A DNA stretch of 64,000 nt from Octopus sinensis (Eukaryota). Shown here in pieces: positions 26,443-40,299 of this stretch (its first letter is position 1; every line of letters begins with the position of its first letter). The translations under genes were made by a program, and so were the position numbers. Location of the stretch: positions 88,226,001-88,290,000 of the forward strand of contig NC_043000.1 in assembly GCF_006345805.1 (NCBI RefSeq), read 5' to 3'. Below the pieces are notes generated by a model, which was given only the letters and a program-made list of their open reading frames with translations, had not been told where the DNA came from and ran no database searches.

Positions 26443-26982
26443 AAAAATACAAACTGGGACAAGAGCGCAAAATATTAAGGAGACGATACAAAAAATACGG
26501 ACGGGACATTCGAAGCCTTCAATCTGCAGTCAAGAACCGGATCATCCTCGCAATTTCGGCTGATTAATCTTGAGATTGCTCCAATCTCGCCAGCCCCAAG
26601 GAAAAACTAATCTAAGCGCATTAAATTCCTTGGAAGAAAGCTTCGAATGTATACAAAACAAGGACGGAAAAACGGACGATGTTACACGAATATGAATATG
26701 AATACAAAAATAATACATAAAAACATTAATAATAATAATAACAATAACAGGATATCACAAACAAGCGTCTTTCGACTAGACGAATTAAACTCAGCTGGTG
26801 TGTTAGGAATGTGCCTTGGGGCAGAGAAAAAAATGTTGATGTTACCACGACCGCTGCCAAACCCAAAAAGGTCAGTAGCCGGTCAGTCAGTCAAGTGTGA
26901 AGAGAAGAGAGAGGAAAAGAGGGACAGGGGAATTAAGGAGGGGAGAAGAGAGAGAAAAAGAGGAACAAGGAATGAAGGAGGA

Positions 26983-27019
<37 letters not shown>

Positions 27020-27146
27020 AGACATGGACAAAGTGAAGTGCAAAGTAAGAAAGTCAAAGAATTGTAGGAGAGGGGGAGAAAAACAGAGTCGTACCGAGTT
27101 TAGAGAAATGTGTACTTACATATAAGAGAGAGGATACGTACGCCAC

Positions 27147-27184
<38 letters not shown>

Positions 27185-27311
27185 ATATGTAAAATACAAA
27201 CTGGGACAAGAACGCAAAACATTTAGGAGACGATACAAAAAACACGGACGGGACATTCGAAGCCTTCAATCTTCAGTCAAGAACCGGATCATCCTTGCAA
27301 TTTCGGCTGAT
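26443..27311. repeat. Element with ~120 bp terminal direct repeats (26443-26563 / 27191-27311)
   Basis: aaaatacaaactgggacaaga.cgcaaaa...gacgggacattcgaagccttcaatct.cagtcaagaaccggatcatcct.gcaatttcggctga occurs twice, ~748 bp apart, each after (TA)n. Confidence 0.8.
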
Positions 27312-27536
27312 GTGCATCTAAGCACAAACACATAAGCAATTTCCTTTCTCTTAACAGTTACAACAGCGAAAGCTCATTACGTCATTTTCTCTAAACAAGA
27401 ATGTATAATTTTCCCGTTCATATTTGAATTTTTTGCGTTACAATTTTTCTCATTTTTTTTACTTATTCTCGAAGTTGATGGACATATAGCGGTACGTAAA
27501 ACAACCAGAAAATCTCTCGTAAAACATTTTATTGGT

Positions 27537-27578
27537 GTACCCGAAGAAAGCTAGAACAGGTCGAAACATGTGTCATGC
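27537..27578 (+). ncRNA. Degenerate hammerhead ribozyme, inverted partner of 24363-24402
   Basis: gtac CCGAAGA aagctagaacaggtc GAAA catgtg TC atgc. Confidence 0.45.
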
Positions 27579-27619
27579 CCAATAACATCTTTTTTCCTTC
27601 CATCTATCTTATTAATACC

Positions 27620-27853
27620 TATTTCTTTATTGCCCAGAAGGGGCTAAACATAGAGGGGACAAACAAGTACAGACAAACGGATTAAGTCGATTACATCGAT
27701 CCCAGTGCGTAACTGGTACTCAATTTATCGACCCCAAAAGGATGAAAGGCAAAGTCGACCTCGGCGGAATTTGAACTCAGAACGTAACGGCAGACGAAAT
27801 ACCGCTAAGCATTTCGCCCGGCGTGCTAACGTTTCTGCCAGTTCGCCGCCTTA
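27620..27853 (-). mobile_element. Full-length tRNA-derived SINE with Meta/Sauria-like central domain
   Basis: Head GGCGGCGAACTGGCAGAAACG, B box GAGTTCAAATTCC, central GGTCGACTTTGCCTTTCATCCTTTTGGGGTCGATAAATTGAGTACCAG; 16 bp TSD ctatcttattaatacc at 27604-27619 and 27854-27869. Confidence 0.9.
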
Positions 27854-28151
27854 CTATCTTATTAATACCGTTACCCCAGCCACCACTACGAAGTTCCGGC
27901 AATAAATCTACGGATAACAACAGATAATCGAAACTCTGCCGGTGTTTACTCATCATCTATTTATGCATTTTGTATAATTTCTCCATGGTATATATATATA
28001 TATATATATATATACATACACACATACAATATATAATTATAATGTATTATAAGTATAATATATATTATGTATATATATATTATATATATATATATAATAT
28101 ATATATATGCATACATATACACTTATATGTATATGTATGTATGTATGTATG

Positions 28152-28233
<82 letters not shown>

Positions 28234-29576
28234 TATGTGTGTGCGGTGTGTGTGTGTGTTTTGTAAAAGGAATTAAAATTAATTTGTTATATATTAAAAA
28301 AAAAGACATTAAATTCAGGAATTATTCCAAGAAGAAAAAATATCATTCAACTGAAATATTTTTCAATAAACAATGAAGATGAAAGATAAACATATTCCAG
28401 AAATGATGAGCATACTTCCACAGTTATGACATTATTAATTGGTGATGAATGGATATATCATTTAATAAGTTTAGAAATAATCTTCCTAAATCTCTATTAA
28501 AAGTTCTGGTAAATATGACGGTTATTTGTCTGCGAATAAGTGAACTAGAATATCTATTTCATGAATGATTAATGGAATTTTCTTTATACTAAATGTCTGT
28601 GATATAGTGAAAGATATCATCTTCTGAAAACTGAGAAGACATTTTGATTTCGATTAATGATGTCACTCTTACTACATCGTAAATATTTTCAGTGAAAAGA
28701 AGGAATCTCACCTGCATTGCAGCTGGTCAAAATTAGCAAATATAGACGATGGAATGTATCATACATTATAGTTCATAGTACTTCGTTATTTTCGGACCCA
28801 ATCTTTGATTTTCGTAGATGCTCTAATCTATAAAATCAAAGCCGTAAGTACGAGCAGCTCAGACGTCAATATGACATACGAATGTGTCAGAAATAGCAAC
28901 TGAATTTATAAGTATATATATATATAAACTTGTAACCAGTTCAAATGTGCTTGAGACAAATTCGAACTCGTAAGAAAGTAATTCAGTGTAAGTTTTTCAT
29001 AGAGAATATTTCTCCCTGTGGACAAATAGGTGTAAACACACCACGTCAATTCGAAGCACTCCCTATCCAGACTGATGGATGTTACCCCCTCTTCAGTATT
29101 TGTATGTTTGTATGTATACACACACATTCAAACGCGCTCGCACACAATAGACACACACATACGTAGACACACATTTCACTTACGCATTGCAATACTAATA
29201 TTATAGTGTAGAACTCAATATACCTATGATTCAGAACAAAATGTTAGTCAAGCACAGAACGATAAATAAGAAAATGAGATGACAAAGGAATAAACGATTA
29301 TCGTAAAAACTTCATTAACTGACAGCTGTTCGTACTATAAGATGTAGTTGAGTGCGTGAATAACACCTTATAGCTTCATTGGTGACGATATAAGGTATTA
29401 CTCAGACTCTCAGCAATGAGTCCACTGCACATTATAGCAAAAACAGCTGTAAAGCTTAAGAAGGTCATAAGATCATTGCTTATTCCTATATTATGTTTTC
29501 CTTATATACACATACATATATGTATGTATGCATGCATGTATATATGTATCTATCTATATATCTATCAATTTATCTA

Positions 29577-29615
<39 letters not shown>

Positions 29616-30923
29616 GTATATATATATATAAACGTACTTACTTCAGGGAAATATTTTCTCAAATTTATAATTAATAATTGCATGTCATAAAGAAGTTTTC
29701 TTGTTGTATGGAACAGGAAAACTTCCGTACATAGGTTTGAACCACTCTCTTGTTTTCTAAAAATATTTTTATACAATTGCGAATTTTTAATTTAAGAAAA
29801 TCGTTGTTCAAATTATGTGAGTGTATTAGTATTTGATAGAGAAACAGATATCAAGACAGTAATCCATAAAGAGAGCTCACTCAGTTTTTCTTTAACATGT
29901 AGAATTCGCTGAATATTCATTCATATGTAAGATAAACAGAATTTCATCGGGCTTTTGTGCAATTTTAAATGTATATACATTCAAAAGGAAAGACGAATAA
30001 CGGTTTGAATTGCGTTCATTGCACTTTCAAGTAATCACGGCCTCTATGTCATCCGCTGTTATTCATCGTATATGAAAAGGTCCGGTTTTGAAGCATATCA
30101 GTATGATTAGCGCATATGGCGGCATTGTCCATCATCTGCTTCCTTTCTTTATGTTTCCAAATAGAATGAACAGGCTGTTACCTCCCAGAAACGAATAATT
30201 GCATCATTAAGGATAGTCGGTGCGATAGTGACAGTCTAAACAAACCAAAGAACGGTAACTTCCCTGTTGTTTCGTTTTCGCTATATTCCAAACCATACGA
30301 ACTATTTAACGAAACAAACTCTCTCCAATGCAACATACATAAACATTCTAAACAACCAAAGAGCAACATCAACAAATATCCATAAATACCAGCAAAAATA
30401 TAAACACACTTCTCTTTGAAAAAGTCAAAAGTAAAGCCGTACCGATGGAGTACTGATTAACCAGTATGAGCTATAATTAGGTACTACTTTAAATTATTTA
30501 GAGAATTTCCTTTTGAAGTAATCCACCATATAACACACAGGTTAAAACGTGAGAAGGAAAATAATATTTTCCCTCATTGAAACAAATTCATGTATGTATG
30601 CATGTATGTACGTACGTACGTACGTACGTATGTATGTATGTATGTATGTATGTATGTATGTATGTATGTATGTATGTATGTATGTATGTGTATGTATGTA
30701 TGTATGTTTGCAAGTATGTATGTATTCATATATATATGTATATACATATATATACATACATACAGATACATAGATAGATAGACAGACAGATAGATATGTT
30801 ATGCGTTACTTTTAACGAACGGGAGAAAAAGTAAGATGTAGGGAATATATATATACATACATACATAATACATACATACATAATACATACATACATACAT
30901 ACATACATACATACATACATACA

Positions 30924-30984
<61 letters not shown>

Positions 30985-31414
30985 ATGTATGCATGTATGT
31001 AAAGCAGAAATATAAAATAAATTATAATGAAAACTGGAAAATCAAGAAAAGTCAAAAGAACGTATGCAGTAAATGTATTACGTCCATTTCTGATGTCATA
31101 TACATAATGTATGTGTTTTGTTAAAACTTTTAGGCTGCATGGATAATTACAAATTTCCTCATATTTCATGATTTAGCTTATATGACGATGTCACTTAAGT
31201 GTCATTTTTCTGCCTTACATTTTACATTTTTTATTTTTTTATTTTACATTTCCTTTTGATGTGAATCAAAGTCTTTAGACAGTGTATGTTTTTGAGAGGT
31301 TGTGTGTATTTTTCTTAGAGATCACGTATTATTGTTCTTGACGAAAATAAATATGGTTAAAACGTACCTCTCTCTCTCTCTCTGCCTAAAGAATGAAACA
31401 TTTCAATAATTCTT

Positions 31415-31610
31415 TCTAATTTTGGCAGAAGGCCAGAAACTTTTAAGGGAGGAGAGAAGTCGATTTGCAGTAGTTGTCTTCTGTATATTTTATCGTTTGC
31501 GAATGGACTACAGGGAAAGTTGACCTCGGCGAAATTTTAACTCAGAACGGCAAGAACCCGTAGGAACACGAGTAACGGTTCTGTGAAGGTTTCCCTTGAT
31601 CGCCGCTTTA
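31415..31610 (-). mobile_element. Decayed SINE (27620 family)
   Basis: ggaaagttgacctcggcgaaattttaactcagaacgg matches ggcaaagtcgacctcggcggaatttgaactcagaacgt. Confidence 0.6.
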
Positions 31611-32157
31611 AACGTTTCATCGCCTCATCAATATTCGTTGAGACTCTAAGCCCATATCCTCTTACGGTCAAATTTTCTATTCCACGTAACATATCGCATT
31701 TTAGTCTTAACGACCAAACTATGGTGGTTCCATATATACATATGTAGTAATACAAAGGGGGAATTTCGATTATCCCCACGTTGTGAGTTGTAATGCAATA
31801 TATATTTAAAATAAAGGAAGGAAAATGCACACACTTTACATAGTTTTAATATATTTTTGAATATATTTTATATTGTGTTTGTCGACCGGTTTTGCTTTCG
31901 CAAATCATGACACTGAAATTACGTATTTTCTAAAAATTTAGTTAATGTTTGCGAAGAAGTTTATAAATGAATGATTCAGCAAGTAGAAAAATCTAATGGG
32001 AGGTAACTGGTGATCGTTATTATTAGGGACAAGGTAGGTAATTGTTCATCTTACAGGAAGGGATGAATAAATATACACAAAAACTCAAAAGCTAAAGTAG
32101 TGAAATGAAATATATACAGTGATAAGTATGTGATCATGAATTAAAATATATACTTGG

Positions 32158-32850
32158 TTATGCGTTCATATTTAGACGTGTTCTGTATTTTTCAATGAAA
32201 ATTGTTTTTATTTAAACTTCTCGTATAAAAATTGTTTCTTTGTACGGGTAGATGGGGAAACCTGTGAAGTTTGGTTGGATATTACCTGCACATCTCTCTA
32301 TGTGTTCACTCAAAGTAATCTGTCTGTATTGCGGGAACTGGATCTGTTCCTTATGTAGTGTGGTTCCCCACTTCAAAATCATACTTGTCTGTCCTATATC
32401 ATTATGCTCACAACTTGAGCAAGTTATAACATAAATTAGAATCTCGGAAGCTCAAGTGAAATTGGTTTCAATTGCAAACCTCTCTCCTTATTTGAATAGA
32501 AGGTTGGAGCATGTTCCACAGTTTGGGCGTCCACATTGTGTGTATCTTTTGTCGTGGTTGTTGCGTAAAGCTTGACACTTGTTATAAGTCTTTTTAGCGT
32601 TTTGTGTTGCTTTTTGCATTTAAGGAATTTACGTGTTTTCGGAATGTTGTTCATTTTTGGATCTCAAGTGAGCATAGATAGATCTTGTGCAATAGTGTTG
32701 TATGCCTCATTGTTTCTAGGGTTGTGAGTTGATATATACAGTAGTGTTTTCAGATGAGGTGTGGTGTTACGCTTTGTTGCCCTTAGTGTTTTACTGTCTA
32801 ATTTCTTAGCCCGCTTAATTTCATGGCCTATAAGAGGGCATTCTACATGC
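32158..32850 (-). pseudogene. Penelope-like (Neptune-type) element: linker, Zn finger and GIY-YIG endonuclease fragment
   Basis: YISTHNPRN...KKQHKTLKRLIT...CGRPNCGTC...NFT*ASEILIYVITCSSCEHNDIGQT...HKEQIQFPQYRQITLSEHIERC...FIEKYRTRLN, with stops. Confidence 0.85.
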
Positions 32851-32904
32851 CCTCTCTTCTTTCCCTCTCTTTCTTTATCTATATTTATATATAGCTATGT
32901 CTTG

Positions 32905-33315
32905 CATCTTTTATCTTTTGCCTGCTTCAGTAATTAGACTGCGGCAAAGCTGGGGCATCGCCTTAAGGAATTTTAGTCGAACTAATCAACCCTTATTATT
33001 TATTTGTTTCACGCATCGTACTTATTCTGTCTGTGTCTTTTGCCGAACCACTATATCACAGAGACGTAAACATACTAACACCGGTTGTGAACCGGTGGTG
33101 TGGGACAAATAGAGACACAGACACAGACACACACTCACACGCACTCTCCCTCTCTCACACACAAACAAATAGATAAATAATCGACGGTATTCTTTCAGTT
33201 TCCGTCAACCGAATCTCGTCGCAAGGTCTTGGTCGACTCGGGGTTACAGAGAAGATGCTACGCAGTGTGACTGAAGCCAGACCCAATTATAGGGGATGCA
33301 GCATTCTTACCACAC
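32905..33315 (-). mobile_element. Decayed CORE-like SINE (23617 family)
   Basis: tctttcagtttccgtcaacc...caaggtcttggtcgactcgggg and cttcagtaattagactgcggc are reverse complements of 23617-family motifs. Confidence 0.75.
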
Positions 33316-34107
33316 ACACACACACACAGAGCGGCACACATACAGTGGCGCACACGCACGGACATATATACACACACACACACTCACATAGGCATTACGT
33401 AGACTACGATTAGGGAAGCAGACAATTTTTTTAAAAATAATATTTATTCTGTTGTTTCATCTTTTCTGCAAAGAATCGCTGGCACGAATTAAATCACTGC
33501 TTTCTTTAAATGTTTGTTTTTCTTTTTTCGGTCCAAATACACATATGCAAATTAAGAAACAAAAATAAACAACAACAGAAATATAAAATTGCATTTGATG
33601 CTTTATCTTAGATTTGGATTTGAAATTTAAGAGAAACAAATTAGCCTGCATCTGAAACTAATCGATTCTATATAAGATTTCTAGATGCACTTTCTGCTTT
33701 GTCACGCATGCAAAGAATAATAAATTTCATGCAATTTATTGATTGAGGCAGCTTTTTGCTTATTACCTGCCTGGAAACTACTTCCTCGACGTCTCTAATC
33801 TATTTACGGTTTTGAAACATGATTTATAATAATACTTTACATATAACAGTTGTCTATTTCATTATCTAATTAAACCTGGTCCTTTTCAATGTCTTTTTTG
33901 CTTCTTCATTTACAATTGTCGTCGCCGCATAATACTTTTCACTTAAAATACAGATTAACATACTTGTATGTGTTCTCAAATACATGAAAGCTCAAATACT
34001 CTTATACCCGTACGTATATATACAGTTAATAATACACACACATACATATATGTACATATCTGTATATGTATATATTATATATATATATTATATATATATA
34101 TATATAG

Positions 34108-34141
<34 letters not shown>

Positions 34142-34217
34142 GTATATGTATATATATGTATATATATATATATAATATATATATATATATATGTATATGT
34201 ATATGTATATATATATG

Positions 34218-34268
<51 letters not shown>

Positions 34269-34269
34269 G

Positions 34270-34354
<85 letters not shown>

Positions 34355-34640
34355 ATATAAGGATGCGTGCGTGTATGTAAATGAATATCTAAATATTTTC
34401 AATCAGGCTCGCAGTCATAATATTTCCGTATCAATAGGTGAAGTTGAAACACGAAGAGCTTATCCTTAGAGCTGATTGAAAATAAATATATTAACTCTAT
34501 TTTCCCGTATTTATGGATTACTCAGTTGAACAATCGTCTTCCCAGTATGACTACATCCCCACAAACAAAATCATTTTCGTACATTCATGCATTACTACAT
34601 ATGTATATGTATGTTTATATGCGTGTTTTATGTATGTATG

Positions 34641-35875
34641 TCATTATTCAGTTTTATTTCAAGATTTTTTGCCAAAAGAGAAAGAATCGGTTTCTAACCT
34701 AGATCCTGCAATTTCAACATCAATAACAGGGTATTTCTGTATGTGTGTATGTATACGTGTAGATATGTAAGTTTTGTTTTATGTATGTCTTCTCATGCAT
34801 ATACTTGAATATCTAGACATGCTCATATATACTTAAATTATAAACTTCTGGTAACTTTTACAGATTTTTACAGTTCCACTGTAGTCTACGAATCAGCTTT
34901 CTACTTTCTGGTTTGGAGAAATCTAATTTCTCAAGATTTGCCTTTAGGCAGTGTGTTACATATCACCCAACAATTACAGGTATTTCCCAATAAGTACAGG
35001 CATGAACCTGATCTTGTAGTCTTGATAGATTAACTGCAGATCCCTCAATAGATCAGAGTAGGCATTCTCTTTTTCACTGATTTTCTGCTTTATGTTAACA
35101 ACCGCTAGGCTGCTGATTTCCACAACTGTACACAGTTTCTCTTCTCTATCCCAAATCCTTATATCAGGTCTATTGTGTTTATATTTTATTGAGGTTTTTA
35201 CTGGGATATTCCATCAATACTTATTTTTATTATGAGTGGCTATGACTTCCACCATACTGTGTTTTCTGTCCTTAGGTTTATCTTTTGACGGATCTCGTTA
35301 TAAGTGTCCTAGCTACAACAACACGTCTCATCGGTAGGTAATACTATGGAGACATTTTCGGACAGCTGTTTATAATATGGGTGATAACGTTGCTGTTAAA
35401 TCCTCAACGTCTGCATCGGTTGTCACATTTTACTGTTTTTCCTGCATCTCTGTCCCTTTTGAGCATCAGGTATTTGGTAAATTTTTGTTTATTGATTACA
35501 AACGCATACCCTTCAAAGTGGAAGGTAGTAACCCGGTTGTTGGTCCATGATTGACTGCCTTGATGATGGATGTTACCATCAACCTAGAGCTTTCTGCTAA
35601 CAGATCCATGCATAGTCTACTGCTCCTGTATACTCATCCTTTCATGTGATGATATGTTGCGGTAGTCGTACGACTTCTATGGACATGCATTTAAGGTTAT
35701 CAGACAAGGGATGCTGCTCAAGGAGTTGCCTTTCAAGTCTTATGATGTTATCAGCCTCATGTATGCAAACTTGGTGATGGGAGGCACTTCAACACTTGGT
35801 GGTCGAAATATGTTGGCGAAGGGATACGATACAACATTCAAAGGAAGTTCGCATCGATGTTAAACCTCCTGCTGG
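34641..35875 (-). mobile_element. 5'-truncated R4-clade LINE (CCHC + restriction-like endonuclease) embedded in (TATG)n
   Basis: GGLTSMRTSFEC...SLRQH; FEGYAF; CDNRCRR*...THIINSCPKM...YLPMR; WNIPVKTSIKYKHNRPDI..WDREEKLCTVVEIS...NIKQKISEKENAY. Confidence 0.85.
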
Positions 35876-37242
35876 TATGTATGTATGTATGTATGTATGT
35901 ATGTATGTATGTATGTATGTATGTATGTATGTATGTATGTATGTATGTATGTATGTATGTATGTATGTATGTATGTATGTATGTATTATGTATGCATGTA
36001 TGTTTATGATTTGATTGTTCTACGTTCGATATTACCTGTTTCGAACTTAAAAGTTCTTCATCAAGTTCAATACCAATCATACCCTCATTAAGATGTCCTT
36101 ATGCCGCATACTCAAAAGAGGTGAAAAAACAATAGAAAACTACGTTCCTTTTTGTTTGTTTGGGCGCATGTGTGTGGGTCAGTGTGTGTGCCCATGCATG
36201 CATATATGTATGCATGTGTGTGTGAGTAGATATGTATGTATGTGTGTGCATCTGTATGTATTCTGCATATTCATGCGCTTGCGTGTCCGTGTTTGTGTGT
36301 TTTTATGTATGTGTGTGAATGTCTGTGCTTATATATGTATGCACCTCTGTCTCCCTGTGTGTGCACACACATACATAAAAAAACACACAAACATGGATAC
36401 GCAAGCACATGAATACGCAAAATATATACATACAGATGCACACACATGCATACGTATATACATATGCATACACACACTTGCATACATACATACATACATG
36501 CATAAGCACACGCACACACTGACCCACACACATGCGCACAAACAAACAAAAAGGAACGCAGTGTAAATAACGGACAGAGTCAAGACTACTTAAAAGGTTG
36601 CAAGACGCAACGAAAGTTTTAGGAAAATAAAAATAAGTGGATATTTTACCGGTGAGTGTGTTTAATTATAAGGCACAAAAAGAAAATGACTCTCCCCAGA
36701 CACAACAGAATATGCTTCAACACACTAACTCACATAAAGAATCTTGCAAACCAAATCCAAAAACGAAATATTAGAAAACTACTTTTGTTATTAAACATTC
36801 GAATGTTCTTCATAAAAGCGTCGTTGTTTGAAGTTATAACAAAATAAAGCGCTCTGAAATCGATTAGGTAAAAATATAGGGTGATTTGGCGAATAAAACA
36901 CTTAAGAACCTTTACACGCTAAATAAAGAGTTTGTTTCTGAATTCTGTCTAAAGCTGCATAGCTAAAAGAAGCCAAGTTATCCGGGCTTTACTACTCACG
37001 GTCACCTTTGAAAAAATTTACTGCTGGCCAGCACCTCCCACTACACATTTATTTTCTCTCTAATTGCTACTTAAGGAAGGCGTCAATGTTTTGAACTGTG
37101 AGTAAAAGCTCTATTTTCAAACCTTTTATTCCTTGACGAAGCTGACAAATATAAGAGGCTGAAATTACAAATCAACATGAAAAGAAGAAATCTGCGACAA
37201 AGTGTGAAATACTTTTCATATACTTTTTAAATACTTTTCATG

Positions 37243-37455
37243 AAGGTGGCCTGATGCAGGAATCGTTCGTACGCCGGGCTAAATGCTTAGCATTTCGTCC
37301 GCCTTTACGTTCTCAATTCAAATTCTGCTGAAGTTAACTTTGCTTTCCCTCCTTCGGAGTCGATAAAATAAGAAGCAGTGAAGAACTGTGGTCGATGTAA
37401 TCAATTTACCCCCTACTTTAAAATTGCTAGCCTTGTGCCAAAATTTGTAACCAAT
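37243..37455 (+). mobile_element. SINE (27620 family, different 3' end)
   Basis: aaggtggc...acgccgggctaaatgcttagcatttcgtc...ttcaaattctgctgaagttaactttgctttccctccttcggagtcgataaaataag. Confidence 0.75.
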
Positions 37456-38158
37456 AGTAGCATAAATGAAGCACTAGAGAATGGTAAGTTAAAATGATAA
37501 GAAAATCATCTACATTGTAAGTACCGGAAAAAAATGATGGAAGGACATAAGTGAACAAAAATGCAATACTGGGCTGACAAGTGGAGCACTCACACTCAAA
37601 TTTAAGATCAATTAATTTTGACTGGGCTACGTGGTTCTGTGGTTCAGAAAAAGCTGGTAAATGCTTTAAGAACGCATTAAGTAACTTCAAAATGTATGAA
37701 TAATAGGAAGAGACAATAACTCTCTTCACCAAGAGAGAATACACCTGTAGGCGTGGAAAAATAATGCTTACTTAGAAAATCATACCGTACTTTGAAATGC
37801 TAACAGAAAATAGATGGCAAAAACACACCAGAAAGTATCTCAGAAAATGGGAAAGCGAAAATAGTTAATAATAACGAGACTGGACAGCCCAGATGTTGGT
37901 AAGTATTATTACCATTAATAGTTGTATTAGTAGTATTAGTAGTTGTAGTTGTTGTAGTAGTAGTAGCTCTTGGTGAAGCAATGGCTATAGTTACTGTTGT
38001 TCCATTCAATGTAGCCTTCATTGAGTAAACCCATGATCAAAGATATTACAGACGTGGACACGTCTATTTCTATAGATTGTATGTCCTGGACTTATAGAAG
38101 GCCGAGCGAATATTAAGACGTTTCAGCCTTGACTCTAGCAGCACCAGCAGAAGCAGCG

Positions 38159-38213
<55 letters not shown>

Positions 38214-38245
38214 GAGGAGGAGGAGGAGGAGGAGGAGGAGGAGGG
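38159..38245. repeat. (GTA)n-(GGA)n compound microsatellite
   Basis: Seen directly; explains the poly-Leu ORF 38070-38291. Confidence 0.95.
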
Positions 38246-40299
38246 GAGGGAGAGGGAGAGAGGAAGAGGAAGAGATAAATATATTAGCCAAAGGATATCA
38301 GTGTTCCTTAGAGTTTTCTTTCCTTATCTTTACGAACGGTAGTTTTGTCTGTGGCAAAAGACCATATCGTTTTCAGACTACTATTATTTTCCCTCTCCAA
38401 CAATTATTTCCTTCAATTAGCACACTCATACCTCCATTTACTCAGCTTATAAAAGCTATTGAAGCTGCATCTCTTCATTAATGCATACTAGCTTTTGTGA
38501 AATTTCTGTTTCTCTTCCAAACTTTTCCCTCGAAAATCTTTTTCTTAATCTTAGAAGCCATATCAGTTGCCGATATCTGTGTTTGCTAGTTAATTTAAGT
38601 CTCGTTATATGGCAGTCTTAATTTTTATGCATGAGGTATTGAATATCATAATATAATTTCTTTTATTTGGTCACCTTATTCAATTTGATTGTTATACCAC
38701 GCTGATATGTTTCAATCTTTCTCAACTAACCAAATTGAATATCAATGATTTGACATGCTTTTCGTTAAACAATTATTTGTAAGTGTTCTGTAACTAAACA
38801 CCAACTAATGGTTTGTTTAATTCTTTATTTCTGTATATCACTTATATTTCTCTCAATTCTTTGTCAGCGTTCTTGTTTCTACAATTTTCCTGTATGCGAG
38901 TGATTGAACAAGTTTATTTGGAATCCATGTTGTAGACAGTCTACAGTTGCGTAGTTTTGTCCTCGTTTTAGTTCATCTAAAATTTCTGCTCTTTCTTATT
39001 CAGAGAAACACTTGATCGGCCTCTTCATTTCTAAATTTTACCTGATCCCTCAAGCAGAAACACTGTATCTCCTATTTTTCTTTTAACGGAATATCTCTTA
39101 GACTGATTTCATTCTTGAATGTTGTATTCAACTCCTCACATTTTCTATTACTATATAACAAAGCAGTTTAAATTGTTTTATCTCACACTCTTAACATCTC
39201 TCCCCCACTCTCTCTCTCTCTCTCTCATTCGATTTTCCTATGCTTGTCCACCCTACATTTACATGAATATCCATTCATCGTTCACTTGTCTGGCAAAAAG
39301 GATACACTCCAGAAGGATTATTTACATTATATCAAGGATAACAATTCCAGATCTACTTCGATAAATTGAACAATATAGAAGATAAACAAGCAATAAAACT
39401 ATTCTGTGTATTTCGCTAGGGTTTCCTTCAATAGTTCTTTGTCTAGTCGTCAGAAACTCCTGCAAATATTTTAAGTTTGTCTATTATCAAGCTACACAAA
39501 CAATAATGGGATTTACACATAAAATTAAAAACTGTTTATTGTTTCTGATGGTATATCATCAACTCATAAGAAGCCGTTACGTGTTTTGGTCGTAATTATT
39601 TTGAAGTAAGAATTTGCAGAACCTTTACAGCATTGGACAAAATGCCTTGAGGTACATTTTTCCGACACTTTAACATCAAGTCTCTCCAAGGTTGAATTTG
39701 TCTTTCATTATTCTTAGGTCGAGAAAACAAAGCATCAATCAAATACTAGGATCGATGTAATCAACTAGCCATCTCCCCTTAAGATTGCGCCATAATTAGA
39801 AACAATAATTATATTGTACTACTTCCGACCAAAAATAAACTTATTTAGCACAGTTTAAGATTTTTAACAAATAAAATGTGACATTCTTTTCAAGTTTCTC
39901 GCCAGCGGGCTCCGATAACATGTTTAATTGTTTCTTCGAATACTTTAGTGTTTGATACTTCATCGAAGCCAAAAACTAATCGAAGTGTACATCCCTTCAA
40001 GTAGAAATCCCTGTTTAGAAAAAACGTAATTCTGTTAGTCGGAGTCCAAATACTGCACAAGTCGCTGCCCAAATCCAACGCTAAATGCAATCCTTGTTCT
40101 ATTCAGTAACACAACTCAGTCATTCTTCCTAGTCTACTCAACTATTACCATGAATCCTTCTGTTTATACTCCAGAACATGGACACTCAATGATATGACAC
40201 AATTCCACAGAGCACATACAATACGCAATCAGCAATTAATAAAATTAAAGCATGCACTATAAGATAATGGTCATCCGCTAATATAACGTACTCAATATG

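Larger units (their letters stand above)
24323..27619. repeat. Outer inverted repeat (24323-24672 / 27311-27619), Penelope-like terminal repeat with HHR
   Basis: gtattaataaggtagatggaagg...tacgtaccgctatatgtccatcaacttcgagaataa...aactgttaagagaaag is reverse-complemented at 27345-27619; part of it also occurs at 22941-23075. Confidence 0.85.

Noticed and set aside
26647-27036. 129 aa ORF
   Set aside because: Low-complexity (AAT)n and (GA)n content inside a repeat element
27255-27311. CTGAAGA and CCGAAA on the minus strand of the direct repeat as a permuted hammerhead
   Set aside because: Could not form stems I and III with a valid cleavage triplet
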